DNA of 39,727 nucleotides, from the IMG/VR virus record IMGVR_UViG_2778261268_000004; one strand, given 5' to 3'. The translations under genes and the position numbers were made by a program. The DNA comes from a virus (lineage: Duplodnaviria; Heunggongvirae; Uroviricota; Caudoviricetes). The notes beneath the pieces were generated by a model. The model was not told where the DNA came from and did not search any database. It saw only the letters and a program-made list of their open reading frames with translations. Positions 27,017 to 34,004 of this stretch are shown in pieces (position 1 is the first letter of the stretch; the number at the start of each line of letters is the position of its first letter).

Positions 27017-28815
27017 GTTACTTTGGCCTTAATCCAGTAAACCAGAATCAGCAGCTTGACGAAGCAGCATCAAATCCAGCTGGCTTTAACAGCGATGTTG
27101 GTTTTTTCGACAATGCTGTAGGAGCGGCATTGTCTGGTTTGTACTCCGGGCTGGTGGCAAAGCCAGATCAGTTGCTATGGGCAGGGATGGATAAAATCGT
27201 ATCCCCGATTGCTCAGTTTGTTAACGAAAACACCTCGCTCAATGACACTTCAGTTTCATACATTGCCGAGCAGAGAAAACTAGCAGAGCAGCAGGTTAAG
27301 CGGCTGACGCCTGATGCCGCGACAACCGGAACCGCCGGGCAGGTTCTTTATGGGTTGTTCGATATGGGCGGGCAGGCTGTTGTCGGTACAACGCTCGGTG
27401 GTCCGGTCGGAGGTGCTGCGGCGGTAACTTCGCTACAGGGTTTTTCTGAGTTTGAACGACTGACAGCGCAGGGGGTTGATTTCAGGACGGCGCAGGAAGC
27501 GGGATTAGTGCAGGGTATTACTGCTGGTGCCGGAACACTGATCCCTATGAGTCTCGGGTTACGTGCTGGTGGTGCGCTAGCGGAAGGTGTGGCGGCTCAG
27601 CTTGCGCGGACGGGTGAAAGTTCAGTGCGACGCGCCGCGGCAACAGCAGTACGTGCAACGCCAGATATTGCCTATGCCGCAGGTACAAATATTGCGTTCG
27701 GTATGGCACAGCGCGGGCTTACTGCAAAAACGCTTCGTGATGGTGGCTATAGCGAAATGGCTAACCAGTATGATGTGTTGGATCGACAGGCAATTGCTAT
27801 TGATGCTGTTCTTGGGGTGGCTTTTGGTGGTGTCGGCAGATTTATTAACTCTCGCGGCGAGTCTACAAACGCACCAAACTTTTCACCAGTTGATATCGAT
27901 GCTGCACTGGCGGCGAATGCCGCTCATCATGCTGAAATTGATATTGCTCCCGGCGTGCCGATCAATGTGCTTTCGCGCAATTCTCACATTCAGGCTCTGC
28001 GAAAAGCTATGTCTGATGTTAGCCAAGGGAGACCTGTAGACGTTGCCAGCATTGTTGAGTCTGCATCTTTCAGTGAAATTCCTGGGCGCAAGAATCTGCT
28101 GTCTCAGGCAGTTAATGAGGCTCTGTCATCTGTAGATGATGGAGTAACGGCGCGCGCTATCGAAAATCGGTTGCTTGAAGAACAGGCTGCGCAGCTTTTG
28201 CCGCGTGGCGATAGACAGGTTTACCAGTCTGAAATCGCTAATAGCCAACGAATTATCGACAATCTCACTGAACAGCGCGCACAAATTCTTGCAGAAGAGC
28301 CAACTGGTAGCGGTAAAGCTTTGTCTCGTGCTCGATCAGATAAACAGGCCAGAATTCGCGATATTGACCAACGAATCCGGCAGGCACAAGAACGCCTGGA
28401 ATTTTCCCGTAACGCGTTGGCGCCGCACGAGCCTGGAGGTCAGTTTTTTGAAGCTCGAGCAGAACTGGCACGGCGACAGCAGGCAGAAAGTGAACTTAAT
28501 GCTCAGGCTGTTTCATTCTATAAAACAGCAGAGGTCAGGACGCCAGACGAAGTAGCTCCTTTTGAGCCCGGTAAGATATTGCAACAGACAGAACAAAAAA
28601 TGATGGCAGATCCGGCAGGAGATATTGATCTGCGTATAGCTGAAGACTCGCTGCTTGAATCTCCGGACATGATAATCACCGTGCTGGATGATGATGGTAA
28701 TCCACAATCGCGCAGTGCGCGTGAAGTACTGGATGAAGCGAACAGGGAAAGTGAGCAGGCAATACAGGATTCCAGCCTGTTTGATGTTGCTGTGGCGTGT
28801 TTCTTGAGAGGTTAA
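27013..28815 (+). CDS. Internal virion protein
   Basis: 600 aa Gly/Ala-rich, coupled to neighbours. Confidence 0.55.
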   Translation: MSYFGLNPVNQNQQLDEAASNPAGFNSDVGFFDNAVGAALSGLYSGLVAKPDQLLWAGMDKIVSPIAQFVNENTSLNDTSVSYIAEQRKLAEQQVKRLTPDAATTGTAGQVLYGLFDMGGQAVVGTTLGGPVGGAAAVTSLQGFSEFERLTAQGVDFRTAQEAGLVQGITAGAGTLIPMSLGLRAGGALAEGVAAQLARTGESSVRRAAATAVRATPDIAYAAGTNIAFGMAQRGLTAKTLRDGGYSEMANQYDVLDRQAIAIDAVLGVAFGGVGRFINSRGESTNAPNFSPVDIDAALAANAAHHAEIDIAPGVPINVLSRNSHIQALRKAMSDVSQGRPVDVASIVESASFSEIPGRKNLLSQAVNEALSSVDDGVTARAIENRLLEEQAAQLLPRGDRQVYQSEIANSQRIIDNLTEQRAQILAEEPTGSGKALSRARSDKQARIRDIDQRIRQAQERLEFSRNALAPHEPGGQFFEARAELARRQQAESELNAQAVSFYKTAEVRTPDEVAPFEPGKILQQTEQKMMADPAGDIDLRIAEDSLLESPDMIITVLDDDGNPQSRSAREVLDEANRESEQAIQDSSLFDVAVACFLRG

Positions 28816-28820
28816 ATTAA

Positions 28821-31295
28821 ATGAGACAGGAATGTATACAAGCGGTCCAGCAGGTGGCGCAGCGCGCGTTAACGGCGCGAGAAATACAGAACATTGAAGA
28901 CCGCATTTATCGAAATATGCGCTCCATTGCTCGTGATGACCCGATGTCGTGGCGACAACTTTCCGAATCAGAACGGTTGTATCGTGCAGCACAATTGGCA
29001 TCTGAAGAATTACAGCGAGAAGCGGCATTAAAGAAACGTCGTGTGGCCCTCGCTATAGCCGCACGTCAGAGATTGGATAAATTTATCAATAGCTATCAAG
29101 GGGCTGATGGGAAACTTGGCGCTCTTAACCGTACTATTGCTTTTAATGCAGACGGTAAATCGAATTTCCTCTCTGTTGAATCCAGAACAAAAGCCACTCG
29201 TGATTATGCATTGAGTCAATTGCAGGAGGCATTTGAAGCAGTTGATCCTCGCTTTTTTGGCCTGTTTGAAGATGAAGCGGGCGTGCGTGACCTGGTATAT
29301 GAAATGCGAGGGCAAAATACTGGCAATGCTAAAGCAAGAAAAGGTGCTAAGGCGTGGAGAGAAGTGACAGATCTACTTCGCCGCCGGTTTAATGATGCTG
29401 GTGGGGACATTGGCTATCTCGAAAACTGGGGGATCCCTCAACATCATTCTATGGAAAAGGTTGGGGCGGTATCAAAGGATAAGTGGGTTAGCGATGTTAT
29501 AGGTAAGCTGGATCGCAAATATTATACCCGAGCCGATGGACAACTGATGAACGATGCCGAGTTGTCTGCATTTCTTGGAGAGGCTTATAACACGATCGCT
29601 ACTGGTGGGCTGAATAAGCTTACTGATACCGGAATGCGAATTTCCGGCGCACGTGCTAACCGTGGTAATGCATCACGACAGATACATTTCAAAGATGCAG
29701 ATTCCTATCTCCAATATCAACAACTTTATGGCGATCGCTCTCTATGGGAAATCATGGTCGGTCACCTGGAAGGTATCAGTAAAGATATTGCTCTGGTGGA
29801 AACATATGGTCCAAACCCCGATCATGTTTTCCGCTCTCTTCTTGATCAGGTGAAGGCAGAAACGGCAACAGCTAACCCGAGTAAAACCGGTAAAGTCGAG
29901 CGGCTGGCGAACAACACAGAGAATCTGTACAACTTTATTTCCGGAAAGACACAGCCTGTAGCGAATCCGCACATCGCGCGATGGTCTGACAATATCCGCA
30001 ACTGGCTGGTTGCCAGCAGACTCGGTTCCGCGTTGCTGTCATCGTTCTCTGATCTTGGGACCATGTATCTGTCTGCGAAGGTGACCAACCTTCCAATGAA
30101 CCAGTTATTCCGCAACCAGCTTGAAGCTATGGACCCAACGAACCGTACAGAACTTGCGCGGGCGCGCCGCGCTGGTCTGGCGATGGAATCTCTACTTGGC
30201 AGCGTTAACCGCTGGGCGATGGATAATATGGGGCCGTCAGTGTCTCGTTGGGCGGCAACGGCGGTAATGCGTGCCAGTGGGCTTACAGCATGGTCAGATG
30301 CGCACAAGCGCGCCTATGGCGTAACCATGATGGGAAGCCTGGGAGAAGTAGTGTCACGGACACCAGACCTTCGTAGCCTCGATGATTCTGATTTTCGCAT
30401 CCTGAAAAGCAAAGGGATTACTGACACAGACTGGAGCGTATGGAAGCTGGCGCAACAGGAGGACTGGGGGAACGGCAATAATACGATGCTGACACCGGAA
30501 AGCATTATGCGTATCCCTGATTCAGCAGTTAAACATCTTGGTGAGCCTGAACGCGTGAAATTTGAGGCAATGCGTAAACTGCTCGGTGCCGTAACTGAAG
30601 AAGTTGATATGGCTGTTATTACACCTGGAGCACGTGAGCAGCTGATAACCGGTTCTGGTATTCAGCGTGGAACATGGAAAGGTGAATTAACGAGAAGTGT
30701 TTTCCTGTTTAAATCGTTCCCTATCTCGGTTGTTATGCGTCACTGGTCACGCGCTATGGGTATGCCGTCTGCTGGTGGTCGTGCGGCATATATTGCGACG
30801 TTTATTGTCAGTACGACCATTCTTGGCGCTTTGTCGCAGCAACTTAACGACCTTGCGTCTGGTCGTAATCCTCGAGAGATGACAGGAGAAGATGCCGCAA
30901 AATTCTGGCTTGGTGCTCTACTGAAAGGTGGTGGTCTTGGCCTTTACGGTGACTTTTTATTGTCAGATCACACTAGGTACGGAAGCGGCGCGCTGGCGTC
31001 GATGCTTGGCCCGGTAGCTGGTCTGGTTGATGACGTAGTGAAGATTGCTCAGGGCATACCGTTAAATGCTGTGGAAGGGAAGAGTGAGCAGACTGGTGGT
31101 GATCTGGTGAAGCTGGGGAAAGGTTTGATGCCAGGTGCGAATCTCTGGTACTTAAAGGCGGCTCTCGATCATATGATCTTTAACCAGATGCAGGAGTATT
31201 TTTCACCAGGCTATTTGCGTAAAATGGAGCAACGTTCGAAGAAAGAGTTTAATCAGACATACTGGTGGCGACCTCAGGATGTCACTCCGCAATAA
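28821..31295 (+). CDS. Internal virion / ejection protein, gp16-like
   Basis: 824 aa, last large gene of the core block. Confidence 0.6.
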   Translation: MRQECIQAVQQVAQRALTAREIQNIEDRIYRNMRSIARDDPMSWRQLSESERLYRAAQLASEELQREAALKKRRVALAIAARQRLDKFINSYQGADGKLGALNRTIAFNADGKSNFLSVESRTKATRDYALSQLQEAFEAVDPRFFGLFEDEAGVRDLVYEMRGQNTGNAKARKGAKAWREVTDLLRRRFNDAGGDIGYLENWGIPQHHSMEKVGAVSKDKWVSDVIGKLDRKYYTRADGQLMNDAELSAFLGEAYNTIATGGLNKLTDTGMRISGARANRGNASRQIHFKDADSYLQYQQLYGDRSLWEIMVGHLEGISKDIALVETYGPNPDHVFRSLLDQVKAETATANPSKTGKVERLANNTENLYNFISGKTQPVANPHIARWSDNIRNWLVASRLGSALLSSFSDLGTMYLSAKVTNLPMNQLFRNQLEAMDPTNRTELARARRAGLAMESLLGSVNRWAMDNMGPSVSRWAATAVMRASGLTAWSDAHKRAYGVTMMGSLGEVVSRTPDLRSLDDSDFRILKSKGITDTDWSVWKLAQQEDWGNGNNTMLTPESIMRIPDSAVKHLGEPERVKFEAMRKLLGAVTEEVDMAVITPGAREQLITGSGIQRGTWKGELTRSVFLFKSFPISVVMRHWSRAMGMPSAGGRAAYIATFIVSTTILGALSQQLNDLASGRNPREMTGEDAAKFWLGALLKGGGLGLYGDFLLSDHTRYGSGALASMLGPVAGLVDDVVKIAQGIPLNAVEGKSEQTGGDLVKLGKGLMPGANLWYLKAALDHMIFNQMQEYFSPGYLRKMEQRSKKEFNQTYWWRPQDVTPQ

Positions 31296-31304
31296 GGATG
31301 AGAA

Positions 31305-31406
31305 ATGATTGCTTTTATTCTTGTTGTGTTTGCGCTTGTTGCACTTGGCGTTATGAACCGTAATGTATCATTGACGATGGCGAATTTGCTGTTGCAGTTA
31401 TTTTGA
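31305..31406 (+). CDS. Small hydrophobic peptide (33 aa)
   Basis: AAGGATGAG RBS; MIAFILVVFALVALGV hydrophobic N-terminus; not in ORF track (<60 aa). Confidence 0.3.
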   Translation: MIAFILVVFALVALGVMNRNVSLTMANLLLQLF

Positions 31407-31451
31407 TATTATCTGGTGTAGCAGGGTACATAGGCTTGTCATAACGTGAGC

Positions 31452-31463
31452 GTGACATGTCAC
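31452..31463. repeat. Perfect 12-bp palindrome GTGACATGTCAC (copy 3)
   Basis: Exact string; immediately upstream of terminator hairpin 31464-31482. Confidence 0.9.
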
Positions 31464-31488
31464 AGGCCGCTTTCGCGGCCTTGTTTTT
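31464..31488 (+). terminator. Rho-independent terminator ending the internal-virion-protein operon
   Basis: AGGCCGC-tttc-GCGGCCT followed by TGTTTTT. Confidence 0.75.
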
Positions 31489-31648
31489 AACGAATACCAC
31501 CGCCGCCAGGGCGGGAATCCGCAGAACGCCCACCGCAGCGGGAGCCGTCAGCGGCAGTATCGCTGTCGTGCTGACAACGACCGGCAAAGGCCTGAGTTGA
31601 AGCTACCAGAGACAACAAAACGAACAGTGCAGCAAATGCTTTTTTCAT
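31487..31648 (-). CDS. Small secreted peptide (signal peptide plus about 31-aa Gly/Arg-rich mature part with 2 Cys)
   Basis: MKKAFAALFVLLSLVASTQAFA signal-like N-terminus; weak RBS. Confidence 0.35.
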   Translation of the reverse strand: MKKAFAALFVLLSLVASTQAFAGRCQHDSDTAADGSRCGGRSADSRPGGGGIR

Positions 31649-31720
31649 TGTGAAATTTCCATCTATAAGCCACCTCAATGTGGCGTCAATGAGTGTAGCA
31701 CTGACTTTTGTTTCGTCCAC

Positions 31721-31746
31721 AAAAAAGCCCGCGCTGCGGGCTTCTA
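31721..31746 (-). terminator. Rho-independent terminator after the unknown 210-aa gene
   Basis: GAAGCCCGC-agc-GCGGGCTTC followed by TTTTTT on the minus strand. Confidence 0.75.
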
Positions 31747-32379
31747 TTAATGCAGTTTATCTTTGCTTATAACCAGTAGTCTGTGGGTATGCACATCTTT
31801 ATCACTGCCCCAACAGAAATCAGCCCACTGGCTATAGAAATCATCCCATGATGTCATGAAGCTAAGAGGTCTATCTTCTTCAGAGCCATCTGAAACGTAT
31901 ACATTATATCCCGGGGTGTTTATAGCCCAAGAAATCATTCTTTCCCAGAATCTTCTCCCATCGATTGTTTGTTGCTCATCAGATACAACAATCGCATATT
32001 GCTCTAGGAAGAACTGAAAAAAAATCTGAGGCAAACCATGAACAGCACGGTCATGAATAACATTAGGCGTACGCCATACCATGATCTGCGTACATGTTCT
32101 TTTGGCTTCGACGATATCTTCCCGAAAGATTAACTTAACCGCATACACCGTTTCTGGAGTATCGCTGGTAGTAATCATTCTGTAATGATCGCCATTACAA
32201 GATTTTACAAGGCGATAACCATAAGGTGTTGTGAATCCCGGAAGAACGAAATCAACCACACCTTTCGCTAAGTAGCTTTCGGTGTGACTAGTGTTCTTCT
32301 CAGACATGTTCAGTTTTCTATCGAAATCTGCTTCTGGGATAATGTATGGCATCGCTTTTCTTGTTGTATTTGTTCTCAT
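31747..32379 (-). CDS. Unknown 210-aa accessory protein (moron)
   Basis: Strong GGGAGGA RBS 5 nt from ATG; own terminator (31721-31746); TTACC-N5-GGTAA operator upstream; no recognisable motif. Confidence 0.6.
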   Translation of the reverse strand: MRTNTTRKAMPYIIPEADFDRKLNMSEKNTSHTESYLAKGVVDFVLPGFTTPYGYRLVKSCNGDHYRMITTSDTPETVYAVKLIFREDIVEAKRTCTQIMVWRTPNVIHDRAVHGLPQIFFQFFLEQYAIVVSDEQQTIDGRRFWERMISWAINTPGYNVYVSDGSEEDRPLSFMTSWDDFYSQWADFCWGSDKDVHTHRLLVISKDKLH

Positions 32380-32438
32380 TTCGTCCTCCCATGTTTGGCT
32401 ACAGGACGCGTTTTGAAGGGAAGATTAAAAATGCTTTC

Positions 32439-32453
32439 TTACCCTTGAGGTAA
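32439..32453. promoter_or_regulatory. Operator-like palindrome TTACC-cttga-GGTAA upstream of the unknown 210-aa gene
   Basis: Perfect half-sites about 60 bp upstream of ATG 32379 (minus strand). Confidence 0.5.
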
Positions 32454-32525
32454 TAGTACGCTATTCACCCCCAGTCTGCAATCTGTACAGAATTATTTAA
32501 AGGCACATCCCTGTGCCGCCGCCCG

Positions 32526-33236
32526 TCAGAAGAACCCTGCCTTGTCGTTGATGTACTCCGCGTGCGTCTGGATATCACGCAGGCATTTGCTCACACCGAC
32601 GATGTAGCAGAACATGGTGGTCAGTTCCGCCGCCGCGCCCGATACGTCGTGCCCGTCTTCCTGTAACTGGTTTAGCAGATTCATCAGCAGTGAGCTCTCC
32701 GTCAGGCCGAGAACACCAGACGGCGAATGAATCAGGCTACGGTAGCCTGGCTTCAGTGGGGCACTGTAGGTTTTGTTCTCTATCTTCATTGCCTGCATCA
32801 CTGCTGATGCTGTGGCGTTGGCTACCTGGTCGGCAACCATCTTTATGCGTTCTTCCTGCGGGAGCGAGTTTTTAATGTAACTTCCGGTGCGGCGGATCTG
32901 AGGAAGAACCTCACCTGTAACCCATTTACGAAAGCGGTAGGGGATAGTGCCTGGTGTCACCGCATCGCGGCAGCGGAGGATCAGTGTGTAGAGGCCTGAC
33001 TCGGAGATGATGTTGATCTCTTTTACTCGGCTATCAAAAATTGCACGATGTTCATGCCCTATGTTGAACATAGACCTTTCATCATCATCCAGTTTTTCAA
33101 GTGATTGGGTGACGTTTTGGATACGCAGCGCACTACAAACGTCTTGGGCTACAAACCATGGTTGGCCATCGATAATGATGGAACGGATAGGGTTAACAGA
33201 TTCAAATTTGAAGATGGCAGTTTGAGCATTAGCCAT
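32526..33236 (-). CDS. Bro-N domain antirepressor-like protein
   Basis: N-terminal FKFESVNPIRSIIIDGQPWFVAQDVCSAL...ESGLYTLILR Bro-N pattern; GGAGAT RBS. Confidence 0.75.
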   Translation of the reverse strand: MANAQTAIFKFESVNPIRSIIIDGQPWFVAQDVCSALRIQNVTQSLEKLDDDERSMFNIGHEHRAIFDSRVKEINIISESGLYTLILRCRDAVTPGTIPYRFRKWVTGEVLPQIRRTGSYIKNSLPQEERIKMVADQVANATASAVMQAMKIENKTYSAPLKPGYRSLIHSPSGVLGLTESSLLMNLLNQLQEDGHDVSGAAAELTTMFCYIVGVSKCLRDIQTHAEYINDKAGFF

Positions 33237-33253
33237 GGTGGTTATCTCCACTT

Positions 33254-33268
33254 AGTGATTTTAATCAC
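33254..33268. promoter_or_regulatory. Palindrome GTGATT-TTA-ATCAC immediately upstream of the Bro-N gene RBS
   Basis: Inverted repeat located -15 to -35 from ATG 33236 on the minus strand. Confidence 0.35.
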
Positions 33269-33391
33269 CACCGCAACGCCAATTACTGGTGGTGAACTGG
33301 ACAAGGTTGGCGTACCGGCCTAAGTGGTACCGGCGTCCTTTCGGACCCCTGCCCAGCCCACCATAATTCGGATATGGCTGTGCTTAACGCA

Positions 33392-33414
33392 TAAAAAAAC
33401 CACGTCTGGCGTGG
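33392..33414 (-). terminator. Rho-independent terminator inside the antirepressor intergenic region
   Basis: CCACG-ccaga-CGTGG followed by TTTTTTT on the minus strand. Confidence 0.65.
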
Positions 33415-33505
33415 TATGCGCCACTTAGTAACTCGGGACGCCAATCCCGGCACTGGATTTTGCCAGTGCCCGATTACTATGGCACAAGAGGAGTGCGATG
33501 TAAAT

Positions 33506-33520
33506 TTACCGCAAAGGTAA
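33506..33520. promoter_or_regulatory. Operator-like palindrome TTACC-gcaaa-GGTAA
   Basis: Perfect half-sites in the antirepressor intergenic region. Confidence 0.45.
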
Positions 33521-33551
33521 ATATAAGCACTCATCTTGGTAATTTCAAATC

Positions 33552-33809
33552 TTATCTGGTTTGTTTTCGTAATTGTTCGGCACAATAGTCGAGATGTGTT
33601 TGCAGATCCCGCATAGACATCTGTGAGCTGGTGACGTAGTTAATCAGTGCAGTCAGTTCGGCAAGTGGGCCATCGACATTAAATCCATCCTTATCGAGAT
33701 CCCGGAGTAATTTCATCAAGTGCGATCCCTCCACCAGTGATCTGACGCCTCCCGGCGTGTGAATCCTTTCGGTAAATCCGTCTTCCAGTGGATAGTGATA
33801 CTGCTGCAT
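33552..33809 (-). CDS. Small protein paralogous to the C-terminal domain of the Bro-N protein
   Basis: RSLVEGSHLMKLLRDLDKDGFNVDGPLAELTALINYVTSSQMSMRDLQTHLDYC aligns with the C-terminus of the 32526-33236 product; GGAGAAG RBS. Confidence 0.55.
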   Translation of the reverse strand: MQQYHYPLEDGFTERIHTPGGVRSLVEGSHLMKLLRDLDKDGFNVDGPLAELTALINYVTSSQMSMRDLQTHLDYCAEQLRKQTR

Positions 33810-33885
33810 CTTATCTTCTCCATGCAATAACTGTATATTTATACAGTATCAAATAATTTGTTTGCTATCCAGCACGTTTTGTAAA

Positions 33886-33900
33886 TTACCCGAAAGGTAA
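33886..33900. promoter_or_regulatory. Operator-like palindrome TTACC-cgaaa-GGTAA
   Basis: Perfect half-sites in the divergent region between the antirepressor-like gene and the tailspike; ATGTGGTT at 33933-33940 and GGTAAT at 33946-33951. Confidence 0.5.
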
Positions 33901-34004
33901 TATCTATTCGTATTTACAGTCTTTCTATCCATATGTGGTTTTTCAGGTAATAGAATAACCAGATATGCGGCGCAACGGGTGCTGCGACTATCTGGAGATT
34001 TAAC

